Source: an uncultured Oscillospiraceae bacterium
GTDB taxonomy: Bacteria; Bacillota; Clostridia; Oscillospirales; Oscillospiraceae
Reading direction: 5' to 3'
Length of the DNA stretch: 64,000 nt
NCBI GenBank assembly: GCA_964544505.1
Contig: CAZJCA010000002.1
Span: 8,234-72,233, forward strand
Numbering within the stretch: the first letter of the stretch is position 1; every line of letters starts with the position of its first letter. The position numbers were made by a program, and so were the translations under genes. Shown in pieces: positions 8,544 to 17,761 of the stretch. The notes beneath the pieces were generated by a model that saw nothing but the letters and a program-made list of their open reading frames with translations, did no database searches and had not been told where the DNA came from.

Positions 8544-9104
8544 ATGCGTAAAAATTTTGGAGCAAAAGCAGCCTGCTATCCCATGCCGGTCTACATCATC
8601 GGCACTTACGGCGTTGATGGCAAGCCCAACGCCATGAATGCCGCCTGGGGCGGCATCAGCGAAGAAACGGAAATTTCCATTTGCGTCAGTGCCGACCATA
8701 AAACCACCGAAAATATTCTGGCAAGAAAGGCCTTCACCGTGTCCATGGCCACCGCCGACCACCTGGTTGCCTGCGACTATGTGGGTCTGGTATCCGGCAA
8801 TCAGGAACCGGATAAGTTTGCCAAAGCCGGATTCCACGCAACTCCCTCCGAGTTTGTGGATGCACCCCTCATCGACGAACTGCCCATGGCTTTGGAGTGC
8901 AAACTCATCTCCTATGATGCCGAATCCTGCCGTCTGGTGGGTCAGATCGTCAATGTCAGTGCCGATGAGTCGATTCTCGGCAGCAACGGCAAGGTGGATG
9001 TTTCCAAGCTGCGCCCAATCACCTATGATTCTTTTAACCACGCCTATCTGGTGCTGGGTGAACAGGTGGGGCAGGCTTTCCATGACGGCCTGAAACTGAA
9101 ATAA
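8544..9104 (+). CDS. Flavin reductase family protein (flavoredoxin-like)
   Basis: YPMPVYIIGTY..NAMNAAWGG, HKTTENI, AP.IDE.P..LEC; GGAGG RBS before ATG 8544. Confidence 0.88.
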   Translation: MRKNFGAKAACYPMPVYIIGTYGVDGKPNAMNAAWGGISEETEISICVSADHKTTENILARKAFTVSMATADHLVACDYVGLVSGNQEPDKFAKAGFHATPSEFVDAPLIDELPMALECKLISYDAESCRLVGQIVNVSADESILGSNGKVDVSKLRPITYDSFNHAYLVLGEQVGQAFHDGLKLK

Positions 9105-9108
9105 GCAA

Positions 9109-9139
9109 ACCGCCGATGCCTTCAAAAAGCATCGGCGGT
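9109..9139. terminator. Hairpin between the convergent flavin reductase and clpB genes
   Basis: ACCGCCGATGC / GCATCGGCGGT inverted repeat. Confidence 0.7.
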
Positions 9140-9145
9140 CCTTCT

Positions 9146-11737
9146 TTACCGGATGATCAGTTCCCCATTTTCTTCATCTACGGTCACGGTCTGACCGGGC
9201 AAAATATCTCCACGGAGCAGTTTGCGGCTAAGCATTGTTTCCACCGTATGCTGCAAGTAGCGGCGCAGGGGTCTTGCGCCAAACTCCGGGTCGTAGGCGG
9301 CATCCACGATGGCAGATTTTGCTTTTTCTGTCAGCACCACACGGATCTGATGCTGTGCCAGCCGTCCATTGAGTTTCTCCACCAGCAGGTCGATAATACC
9401 CGTCACATTTTCCCTGGTCAACGGCTTGTAGAATACGATCTCATCCAGACGATTCAAAAACTCCGGTCTAAAGGAACGGCGCAGCAGTCCGTTGACCTGT
9501 TCCTTCGCCTTCTCGTCGATGGTGCCATCCGCATTGATGCCGCCAAGCAAATACTCCGAGCCCAAATTGGAGGTCAGAATGATGATGGTATTCTTAAAAT
9601 CCACCGTCCTGCCCTGAGAGTCGGTGATCCGTCCGTCGTCCAGCACTTGCAGCAGCACATTGAACACATCCGGGTGTGCCTTTTCCACCTCGTCAAACAG
9701 CACCACGCAGTAGGGTTTCCGACGAACGGCTTCCGTCAGCTGACCACCCTCGTCATAGCCCACATATCCGGGAGGCGCACCAATGAGCCGAGACACAGAA
9801 TACTTCTCCATATACTCCGACATATCGATCCGCACCATGTTCTGCTCGTCGTCAAAGAGTGTTTGCGCCAAAGCCTTAGCAAGCTCCGTCTTACCCACAC
9901 CTGTGGGGCCGAGGAACAGGAACGAGCCAATGGGACGGTTGGGATCCTGAATACCGGCCCGGCTGCGCTGAATGGCCTCTGCCACCGCCTGTACCGCTTC
10001 GTCCTGACCGATGACTCTCTGGTGTAATGTTTCATCCAGATGCAGCAGCTTCTCCCGCTCGCTCTGCACCAGTCGGGATACAGGAATGCCTGTCCACCGC
10101 TCCACGATCCGGGCAATTTCTTCCTCCGTCACCCGGTCACGGAGCATGACACTTTCCTTGGTAGCCTGGGCACGGTACTCCTCTTCCTGTAAAGCTTTCT
10201 CCATCTTGGGAAGCTGACCGTACTGCAATTGTGCCGCCTTTTCCAAATCGTAAGACTGCTGGGCATTTTCAATCTGCCGCTTCAGATCTTCGATCTGCTC
10301 TCGCAGCTGCTGCACCCGGGAGATGGCATTCTTTTCATTCTCCCACTGGGCTTTCATGGCATTGTACTTGTCCCGTTCCTCTGCCAATTCTTTTTGCAGT
10401 TCCGTCAGCCGAGCCTTGGAAAGATCATCCTCTTCCTTTTTCAAAGCTGCCGCCTCAATTTCCATCTGGATGATCTTCCGGGACACAGCATCCAACTGGG
10501 CAGGGCTGGAATCCATTTCCGTTCTGATTTGAGCGCAGGCTTCATCCACCAAATCGATAGCCTTATCCGGCAGGAAGCGGTCGGTGATATAGCGGTTGGA
10601 AAGGGTCGCTGCGGCAATGATGGCAGCGTCGGCGATTTTCACGCCGTGAAACACCTCATACCGCTCTTTCAGACCACGGAGGATGGAAATGGTTTCCTCC
10701 ACCGTCGGCTCATCCACCTGCACCGGCTGAAAACGCCGCTCCAACGCAGGGTCTTTTTCAATATACTGGCGATACTCGTCCAAGGTGGTGGCACCAATGC
10801 AGTGCAGCTCGCCACGAGCCAGCATGGGCTTTAAAAGGTTGCCTGCATCCATGCTGCCCTCGGTCTTACCTGCGCCGACGATGGTGTGCAGTTCATCAAT
10901 AAACAAAATGATCCGGCCCTCAGACTGCTTGACCTCGTTCAAGACAGCCTTCAATCGCTCTTCAAATTCTCCCCGATACTTTGCACCGGCGATCAGAGCG
11001 CCCATATCCAAAGAAAAAATCGTCTTATCCTGCAAGGTCTTGGGCACATCTTTCTTCACGATCCGCTGGGCAAGGCCCTCGGCAATGGCAGTCTTACCAA
11101 CGCCGGGTTCGCCAATAAGGACAGGGTTATTCTTCGTCTTTCGGGACAGAATGCGGATCACATTCCGAATTTCTTCGTCCCGTCCGATGACCGGATCCTG
11201 CTTCTGCTCTCTGGCACGCTTGACAAGATCTGTGCCATATTTTTCAAGGGCATCGTAAGTGCCTTCCGGATTATCGGTGGTCACTCTCTGATTGCCACGG
11301 ACACTTTGCAGGGCTTGCAGCGCCTGTTCTTTTGTAATGCGGTAAGTTTCAAAGAGGGACTTTAGCCTGCCCTTGGCGGTTTCCACCAGTGCCAGGAACA
11401 GATGCTCCACGGATACAAATTCATCCTTCATGGCCTTGGCTTGGTCTTCGGCGGCGTTAAAAGTCGCATCCACATCGGCGCTAATATAAAAACGATCCGC
11501 CTCCCGGCTACCGGTAACACCGGGGAGCTTGCCCAGTTCTGCCTTAGCAGCGGCTTCCAGGCTCTCTACGGTCACGCCCATTTTCCGCAGCAGCTGAGGG
11601 ATCAATCCCCCCTCCTGTTGCACCAAAGCTAGTAAAATATGGATCTGCTCCAGCTGTTGATTGGAATGTTGCACAGCGATATTCTGTGCGCTCTGGACAG
11701 CTTCCAGAGACTTCTGGGTATAGTTATTGAATGTCAT
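9146..11737 (-). CDS. clpB: ATP-dependent chaperone ClpB
   Basis: Two AAA+ modules ([16 protein letters not shown]), long coiled-coil middle domain, GARPLRR; start re-called at MTFNNYT. Confidence 0.97.
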   Translation of the reverse strand: MTFNNYTQKSLEAVQSAQNIAVQHSNQQLEQIHILLALVQQEGGLIPQLLRKMGVTVESLEAAAKAELGKLPGVTGSREADRFYISADVDATFNAAEDQAKAMKDEFVSVEHLFLALVETAKGRLKSLFETYRITKEQALQALQSVRGNQRVTTDNPEGTYDALEKYGTDLVKRAREQKQDPVIGRDEEIRNVIRILSRKTKNNPVLIGEPGVGKTAIAEGLAQRIVKKDVPKTLQDKTIFSLDMGALIAGAKYRGEFEERLKAVLNEVKQSEGRIILFIDELHTIVGAGKTEGSMDAGNLLKPMLARGELHCIGATTLDEYRQYIEKDPALERRFQPVQVDEPTVEETISILRGLKERYEVFHGVKIADAAIIAAATLSNRYITDRFLPDKAIDLVDEACAQIRTEMDSSPAQLDAVSRKIIQMEIEAAALKKEEDDLSKARLTELQKELAEERDKYNAMKAQWENEKNAISRVQQLREQIEDLKRQIENAQQSYDLEKAAQLQYGQLPKMEKALQEEEYRAQATKESVMLRDRVTEEEIARIVERWTGIPVSRLVQSEREKLLHLDETLHQRVIGQDEAVQAVAEAIQRSRAGIQDPNRPIGSFLFLGPTGVGKTELAKALAQTLFDDEQNMVRIDMSEYMEKYSVSRLIGAPPGYVGYDEGGQLTEAVRRKPYCVVLFDEVEKAHPDVFNVLLQVLDDGRITDSQGRTVDFKNTIIILTSNLGSEYLLGGINADGTIDEKAKEQVNGLLRRSFRPEFLNRLDEIVFYKPLTRENVTGIIDLLVEKLNGRLAQHQIRVVLTEKAKSAIVDAAYDPEFGARPLRRYLQHTVETMLSRKLLRGDILPGQTVTVDEENGELIIR

Positions 11738-11757
11738 AGCCATCCTTCCTTTCCATT

Positions 11758-11784
11758 TTAGCACTCTCAGTCCGAGAGTGCTAA
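11758..11784. promoter_or_regulatory. CIRCE element (HrcA operator) upstream of clpB
   Basis: Perfect TTAGCACTC-N9-GAGTGCTAA between the promoter (TTGACT 11825-11820, TATAGT 11803-11798) and the start codon. Confidence 0.97.
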
Positions 11785-12011
11785 TTTATTTACCCTAACT
11801 ATACTCCATTCTTCCCAAAAGTCAAGTAAGTAAGAAAAAAGATAATAAAAATTTCACATTTCGGCAATGGGACAGTTCGTCTTCTTTCGACTCTTCCTCT
11901 TATACCTTACTATTTTTTGTGCTATTTGCTTACCATCCCCTTTGGTTCGACTTTTTTCGTAAACTATATTCTGTTGAATTTCCCAAAATTCTTTTCATTT
12001 TGTGTTTTCTC

Positions 12012-12040
12012 TTGCATAATTCCGATCTGTGTGTTATTAT
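12012..12040 (+). promoter_or_regulatory. Sigma-A promoter (extended -10) with no downstream CDS
   Basis: TTGCAT - 17 nt - TATTAT with TG at -15/-14. Confidence 0.65.
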
Positions 12041-12046
12041 GTGACC

Positions 12047-12197
12047 GTAATCACAACATCAATCACATTTATAAACACACATACAAACACATTTGATTTC
12101 CATTTGGAAAAACACCATTTCTACAAGTCCTTGATATTTCCTTCTCTGCCCACGCAAGTAAAAGCAAAAGCAGAACGGGAGCACCGTTCTGCTTTTA
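12047..12197 (+). ncRNA. Putative ~150-nt small RNA, family unknown
   Basis: Bounded by a near-consensus promoter and an intrinsic terminator; no ATG or RBS inside; A/C-rich body with a UUUCCUUCUCU tract. Confidence 0.5.
12166..12196. terminator. Bidirectional intrinsic terminator (putative sRNA and tetR)
   Basis: AAAAGCAGAACGG-GAGCA-CCGTTCTGCTTTT. Confidence 0.85.
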
Positions 12198-12199
12198 TC

Positions 12200-12907
12200 T
12201 CAAATTGTTTCATAGATCAGCTGACCGGTGATGGGCAGTCCTTCCTCTATTTTTTTAATAGTGGAAGCGACAATATCCTCAGCAGTACCATGAATATCCA
12301 TGCTCATAGTAGTAGCAATAATCTCATCTCTCCGTTTCTGCTCCACGCTATAAAGCTTCAGTGCGCAATCCAGGAAACGGACGACTTTATCCTCAATGGT
12401 AAAATACATATCACAGGGAACTGCCATATAGCCTCGAATCATGCCGGCTGATGCAATTTCCATTTCATAGAAATCCTTCGCCTTCGCCTCCGGCATAAAC
12501 TGGCTGAACACCTGAAACAGCCGCTCAGACATCACACGGTATATGTACAAGCTGGTGGAGGGCAGGGAATATGCCGTTACATACAGTTCCCGCAGCTGCT
12601 CGGTCAGCTCTGCCGTATATAATTCCAAGCCACCTTCTACTGCGCAAATCAGCATTGGATCATCACTGCCGCTGATTTTCTGTGCCAGATCATACTGCCC
12701 TTTAAATATCCATTTCACAAATTCCAAAAGCAGGGCTTCCTTGCTGGGATAGGCTCTGAAAAACGAGCTGGCTGTCATCCCTGCGCCCCGAGCGATTTCC
12801 GCCGTGGTGGCACCTTCGTACCCTTTTTCCAAAAACTGCATTGCCGCAGATCGCAACATTTTCTGTTGTGTCAGCAAGCCGCTGGCCTGTTTTCCTCTGG
12901 CTGGCAT
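12200..12907 (-). CDS. TetR/AcrR family transcriptional regulator
   Basis: N-terminal HTH FLEKGYEGATTAEIARGAGMTASSFFRAYPSKEALL; start re-called at ATG 12907, downstream of a TTGTAA-17-TATAAT promoter. Confidence 0.9.
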   Translation of the reverse strand: MPARGKQASGLLTQQKMLRSAAMQFLEKGYEGATTAEIARGAGMTASSFFRAYPSKEALLLEFVKWIFKGQYDLAQKISGSDDPMLICAVEGGLELYTAELTEQLRELYVTAYSLPSTSLYIYRVMSERLFQVFSQFMPEAKAKDFYEMEIASAGMIRGYMAVPCDMYFTIEDKVVRFLDCALKLYSVEQKRRDEIIATTMSMDIHGTAEDIVASTIKKIEEGLPITGQLIYETI

Positions 12908-12934
12908 ATGATCGTCCCTTTCTGTCAGTTTAGT

Positions 12935-12978
12935 TGTAACTATGATCACATTATATCATGACATTCAATCAATTACAA
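12935..12978 (-). promoter_or_regulatory. tetR promoter with overlapping palindromic operator
   Basis: TTGTAA (12978-12973), TGaTATAAT (-10 at 12955-12950), then TGTGATCATAGTTACA, matching TGTGACCGTAATCACA at 12040-12055. Confidence 0.6.
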
Positions 12979-13061
12979 GTCCAAAACTTGTTATATTTTG
13001 TAGCAATATTACCAACTTCTTTGCGCCAAGATATATATTTTAAATTAGGAGGATCCAATAT

Positions 13062-13820
13062 ATGGAAAGAAGTAAGGTCATCATCGCAGATGTAGATGAC
13101 TCTGCCCGGCACGAATTAGTCAGTGCCATCAACCTCAAACGCAATTTGAAGGCTGTGGGTGAAACCGCCGACGGCGAGGAACTGGTTCGTCTTTGCAGGC
13201 AGTTGCGCTGTGACATCGTTGTCATGGATCTGGTTTTGTTCTCCATGGACGGCTTGGAAGTCCTGAAGAAATTAAGCAAACTGGAACACAGACCTAAGAT
13301 CCTTGTTCTGTCCGGCCTGGTCAGTAGCGGCGTGACCAATTCCGAAATTATGCATCTGGCTGATTATTTCATACTGAAACCCTATAAAACCAGCACCGTC
13401 ATTGAGCGCATTGAGCAAATGGCTCAATATTCGGGAGCCGGACAGCTATCTAGCCATACCGGTCCAAATTTGGAAGCCACCGTTACTGCCATTATCCACG
13501 AGATCGGTGTTCCTGCCCATATCAAAGGCTACCAGTACCTTCGGGATGCAATCATCCGTGCCACCAAGGATATTTATGTTATGGATGCAGTGACCAAGCT
13601 TCTCTATCCCGACATCGCCAAGCACTACAATACCACTTCTTCCCGTGTGGAGCGTTCCATCCGTCACGCCATCGACCTGGCCTGGCAAAGAGGAGATCTG
13701 GACATTCTCCAACACTATTTTGGCTACACCATCAGTTCCGCCAAGGGAAAGCCCACCAATTCAGAATTTATCGCTTTGATTGCCGATCGGCTCCAACTCC
13801 AGCTCAAAGGCCAATGTTAA
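13062..13820 (+). CDS. spo0A: Spo0A-family response regulator (probably a divergent paralog)
   Basis: Receiver domain plus a clear Spo0A C-terminal domain ([49 protein letters not shown]). Confidence 0.8.
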   Translation: MERSKVIIADVDDSARHELVSAINLKRNLKAVGETADGEELVRLCRQLRCDIVVMDLVLFSMDGLEVLKKLSKLEHRPKILVLSGLVSSGVTNSEIMHLADYFILKPYKTSTVIERIEQMAQYSGAGQLSSHTGPNLEATVTAIIHEIGVPAHIKGYQYLRDAIIRATKDIYVMDAVTKLLYPDIAKHYNTTSSRVERSIRHAIDLAWQRGDLDILQHYFGYTISSAKGKPTNSEFIALIADRLQLQLKGQC

Positions 13821-13890
13821 TGATCTTTTGTAATGGATTTTTCTCTCTATTTCTGCTATACTGAAATCAGAAATCAAGGGGGACATCTTT

Positions 13891-14382
13891 ATGAAAAAGC
13901 AAGAAAAAACCAATGTCATGCGCCTTTTGGAGCAAAAGAAAGTGCCATACCGTCATTACTGCTACGCCGACACCGATGCCATCAGCGGTGAGGAGGTGGC
14001 AAATGTGCTAAATCAGAACCCTGATCAGGTATTTAAAACCCTTGTGACGGTGGGGCACTCCAAAAATAACTATGTCTTTGTGATCCCTGTCTGTAAAGAG
14101 CTGAATTTGAAAAAGGCAGCAAAAGCCGTAGGGGAAAAGAGCATCGAAATGATCAAATCCAAGGATCTTCTTCCCTTGACCGGGTATATTCACGGCGGCT
14201 GCTCCCCCATCGGCATGAAAAAATTTTTTACCACCGCCATTGACCGCTCTGCCGATCAGCTGGACACCATTATCTTCAGTGCCGGTAAAATCGGCTATCA
14301 GGTGGAGGTGACTTTGCAGGACTTGGAAAAGGTCATCGGCTTTACCTTGGCCGATATTTGCGATCAACAGCCCACAGAATAA
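13891..14382 (+). CDS. ybaK: Cys-tRNA(Pro) deacylase YbaK/EbsC
   Basis: KTNVMRLL, VFKTLV, TGYIHGGCSPIGMKK, SAGKIG. Confidence 0.92.
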   Translation: MKKQEKTNVMRLLEQKKVPYRHYCYADTDAISGEEVANVLNQNPDQVFKTLVTVGHSKNNYVFVIPVCKELNLKKAAKAVGEKSIEMIKSKDLLPLTGYIHGGCSPIGMKKFFTTAIDRSADQLDTIIFSAGKIGYQVEVTLQDLEKVIGFTLADICDQQPTE

Positions 14383-14415
14383 GCCGTCAGCTTGACCGCC
14401 GACGGCTTTTCCTTT

Positions 14416-14736
14416 TTATTTTTCACTCACTTCCCGCAGGAGGATCTTTTGGTCAAATCCGCCACGATTTTTTGCCTTTTCCTTTCGGATGGCCTCCAAG
14501 GCTTCCACGGTGTAGCCTCTGGCCTTGGCTGCCGCATAGATCACTTCCAGCAAGTCCGCCAGTTCCTCCACCGAGCCATCTGCGTGATACTCTGCCAGTT
14601 CTTCGTCCAGCTTTGCATCCACCATGCGCAGATATTCTTCATGGGATAATATTTCCGTCACGCAGGTATTTCCCCCGTCTTCAATGATTTGGGGGATCTT
14701 GTCCCGGACAAGCTTGTTATATACGATGGTTTTCAT
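14416..14736 (-). CDS. MazG/HisE-like nucleoside triphosphate pyrophosphohydrolase
   Basis: YNKLVRDKIPQII, KLDEE, EELADLLEV, K...RGGF. Confidence 0.85.
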   Translation of the reverse strand: MKTIVYNKLVRDKIPQIIEDGGNTCVTEILSHEEYLRMVDAKLDEELAEYHADGSVEELADLLEVIYAAAKARGYTVEALEAIRKEKAKNRGGFDQKILLREVSEK

Positions 14737-14739
14737 AGC

Positions 14740-15273
14740 TTACCGGATGAAATCGCAGCCGATCCGCTCCATGGGGATCTGTCGCTGCTCATATTTTTCT
14801 TCGGTTTTGCCCAGGATCAGGGAGCAGCAGGGCACAAAATCCTCCGGCAGATGCAGTGCCTCCACCAGTTCTTCATTTTTGGACAGTGCCATGGTCGCAC
14901 CCCAGATGCAGCATTGACCCAATCCCAGTTCCACCGCTGCCAGGCTCATATTGTGCACCACGATGGCTGCATTGGAATAGGCCACATTCTCCATGCCGGA
15001 GGCTGGTCTTTTGCTGGACACCAGGATCAAAGTGGGGGCATGATATAAGGGAGTCAGGCCGGGATTGCCAAAGAAGGCAGCACCATTGGCATCAATTTTT
15101 GCAAGCAACTGCGGATTTTGAACGACTGTCAGATGCACTGCCTCATAAATGCCCCTTGCAATCGGAGCGGCATTGGCAGCTTTTAAAACCGTTTCCAGTT
15201 CTTCCGGGGTCAGCTGCTGACAAGTGTAGGTTCTGACCGACTTGCGGCTAAACAATGTTTCTAATGTATTCAT
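14740..15273 (-). CDS. Nitroreductase family protein
   Basis: RKSVRTY, AANAAP, NMSLAAVELGLGQC; start re-called at MNTLETL with AAGGAGG RBS. Confidence 0.88.
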   Translation of the reverse strand: MNTLETLFSRKSVRTYTCQQLTPEELETVLKAANAAPIARGIYEAVHLTVVQNPQLLAKIDANGAAFFGNPGLTPLYHAPTLILVSSKRPASGMENVAYSNAAIVVHNMSLAAVELGLGQCCIWGATMALSKNEELVEALHLPEDFVPCCSLILGKTEEKYEQRQIPMERIGCDFIR

Positions 15274-15562
15274 CGGATACCTCCTTGGTTGTTTTTTTCT
15301 CATTATAGCACTCAGCGCTTTTCTTGTAAACGGAGCGTTTTTGCCGAATTGCAGGCCATCTTTTTTGTCAATCTGTGCTATACTGGCGGCAAAGGCGAAG
15401 GAAGAGCCTTTCCAAACCGCATTTGCCCCAAAATAATGGGCATAAATTCCGACAAAGCCTTCTGTTTTTGTCCATTTTCCACAATTTCCACTTCTGCCCT
15501 TGACTTCCACCCCCACTTCGGCTACAATGGTCACAATATATTTTGACAGGAGGTATTTTGTA

Positions 15563-15637
15563 ATGGACGGCGACAGTAGTGACGCGCCCAATTGTAACTT
15601 CATCGTGTGTTCTTGTATAGCATATCTGCGCTGCTAA
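15563..15637 (+). CDS. Putative 24-aa leader peptide MDGDSSDAPNCNFIVCSCIAYLRC
   Basis: AGGAGGT RBS 8 nt upstream; lies between a TTGACT-17-TACAAT promoter (15500-15528) and the HlyC/CorC gene. Confidence 0.5.
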   Translation: MDGDSSDAPNCNFIVCSCIAYLRC

Positions 15638-15710
15638 GAAGCAGGGTGGATGTGTTTTTTTGCACCTTTTTGAGGATTTTTTGAACATAGAATAAGGAGT
15701 TACATTTTCC

Positions 15711-16964
15711 ATGACCGCTTATATCATTATAATTGCAATATGTCTGCTGTTTTCGGCCTATTTTTCCGCCACCGAAACAGCCTTTTCTTCCATGAATAAA
15801 ACCAGGATGAAAACCCTGGCTGAAAAGGGCAACAAGAAAGCGATCCTGGCCTGCAAGCTGTCCGACAATTACGATAAGCTGATCTCCACCATTTTGATCG
15901 GCAACAACATCGTCAACATCGGCGCTTCCTCTCTGGGCACGCTGCTGTTTGTGGAGTTGCTGCAAAACCCCGACACCGGCGCTACCGTTTCTACGGTGGT
16001 CATTACCCTGGTGGTACTGATTTTTGGTGAGATCACCCCCAAGAGCATTGCCAAGGATATGCCGGAGAAATTCTCCATGTTCTCTGCGCCCTTTTTGAAT
16101 GCTTTGATCATTCTGCTCACCCCTCTGACCGCTGTTTTCTCCGCCTGGAAAAAACTGGTGGCAAAAATTTTCAAAACCGAATCCGACACCAAAATGAGCC
16201 AGGAAGAGCTTTTGATGCTGGTGGACGAAGTGGAGCAGGACGGTAGCATCGACCAGAACGAAGGCGAACTGCTGCGCAACGCCATTGAGTTTACGGAGCT
16301 GGAAGCAGAAGACATTCTGACCCACCGGGTAGATCTGGAGGCCGTGCCCATCACCGCCACCAAAGAGCAGATCGCAGCCATTTTCTCCGAAACCAAATTC
16401 TCCCGTATTTTGGTATATGAAGAGAGCATCGACAACATTGTCGGTGTCATCCATCTGAAAGACTTCTACACCGGAAACGGTATTACCGGCAAGAAGATCA
16501 AGGATATCATCAGCCCCACCATCTTCGTGCTGAAAAATGAAAAGATCAGTCCCCTGCTGCGCCAGCTGCAAAAGAACAAGTCCCATATTGCCGTTGTGCT
16601 GGACGAATACGGCGGAACCTACGGCATCGTCACTATGGAGGACATTCTTGAAGAGCTGGTGGGCGACATCTACGACGAACACGACGATGTGGTGGAAGAA
16701 TTCAACCAGGTCAGCGAAGACCGCTTTGAAGCAGACTGTTCCATGGATCTGGACGAATTTGGCGACCACTTTGACATTGAAGTTGAGTCGGAAATGGTAT
16801 CTCTGGCCGGTTGGATCGCCGAGCAGCTGGGTAAGATCCCGGAGGTTGGGGATAAGTTCAACTACCAGAATTTGGAGATCACCGTTACCAGTGCTGAAAA
16901 TCACCGTGCCGAGCAGGTAAGCATCCTGCGGCAGGAAAAAGTGGAAGAAGAGTCGGAAGTTTAA
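15711..16964 (+). CDS. HlyC/CorC (CNNM) family transporter: DUF21, CBS pair, CorC domain
   Basis: SAYFSATETAF, LIGNNIVNI, FGEITPK, DEYGGTYGIVTMEDILEELVGDIYDEHD. Confidence 0.92.
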   Translation: MTAYIIIIAICLLFSAYFSATETAFSSMNKTRMKTLAEKGNKKAILACKLSDNYDKLISTILIGNNIVNIGASSLGTLLFVELLQNPDTGATVSTVVITLVVLIFGEITPKSIAKDMPEKFSMFSAPFLNALIILLTPLTAVFSAWKKLVAKIFKTESDTKMSQEELLMLVDEVEQDGSIDQNEGELLRNAIEFTELEAEDILTHRVDLEAVPITATKEQIAAIFSETKFSRILVYEESIDNIVGVIHLKDFYTGNGITGKKIKDIISPTIFVLKNEKISPLLRQLQKNKSHIAVVLDEYGGTYGIVTMEDILEELVGDIYDEHDDVVEEFNQVSEDRFEADCSMDLDEFGDHFDIEVESEMVSLAGWIAEQLGKIPEVGDKFNYQNLEITVTSAENHRAEQVSILRQEKVEEESEV

Positions 16965-17065
16965 TCGGAATGGGCGACAGCATTGCTGTCGCCCAATTTG
17001 TATGTAAATACTACTTTCATCTTTGCCCAATATCTGCTATAATAGGCAAAAAGGAGGCATGCCCC

Positions 17066-17761
17066 ATGTATCATGTGCTGATCTGCGACGACCAGAAAGA
17101 CATCGTCAGTGCGTTAAAAATATACTTAAAACCCGAGGGCTATCATCTCCACACCGCCTACTCCGGTGAAGAAGCTCTCCAAATCGTAAAAAACAACGAG
17201 ATCCATCTGATCCTTTTGGACATTATGATGCCCGGCATGGATGGCATCACCACCGCCTCCCATATTCGGGAGTTTTCCAATGTGCCCATTTTATTTTTAA
17301 CGGCAAAATCTGAAACAGAAGACATTGTGCTGGGTCTGAATGTGGGCGCAGACGATTATATCACCAAGCCCTTCGTCCCGGTGGAACTGCTGGCTCGGGT
17401 ACGCAGCCAGCTTCGCCGCTACGCCCTGTTGGGCAGCCGCCCCGAGGAGGCATCCGACAATATTTCCATGGGCGGCATTATCCTTAACGACCGCACCAAG
17501 TCCGTTACCGTTGACGGCAATGCCGTGACTTTGACCCCCACGGAATACAGCATTCTGAATCTTCTCATCCGCAATCCCGGCAAAGTCTACTCCACCAAGG
17601 CCCTTTACGAAGCTGTCTGGCAGGAAGAAGCCCTGGGCAGCGAAGGGGCTGTGGCTGTCCACATTCGCCACCTGCGGGAGAAAATTGAGATCAACCCCTC
17701 CGAGCCTCGCTACATAAAAGTGGTCTGGGGGCAAGGCTATAAAATGGAGGCCAGCAAATGA
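17066..17761 (+). CDS. OmpR-family response regulator
   Basis: ICDD, LDIMMP, GADDYITKPF, winged helix VAVHIRHLREKIE, VWGQGY. Confidence 0.93.
   Translation: MYHVLICDDQKDIVSALKIYLKPEGYHLHTAYSGEEALQIVKNNEIHLILLDIMMPGMDGITTASHIREFSNVPILFLTAKSETEDIVLGLNVGADDYITKPFVPVELLARVRSQLRRYALLGSRPEEASDNISMGGIILNDRTKSVTVDGNAVTLTPTEYSILNLLIRNPGKVYSTKALYEAVWQEEALGSEGAVAVHIRHLREKIEINPSEPRYIKVVWGQGYKMEASK

Noticed and set aside
11870-11965. TTCG-containing words as Spo0A boxes near clpB
   Set aside because: None matches TTCGNCA exactly; such words are expected by chance in this T-rich spacer
12029-12451. 140-aa + strand ORF over the proposed sRNA
   Set aside because: Starts inside the promoter, has no RBS, crosses a strong terminator and overlaps tetR antisense
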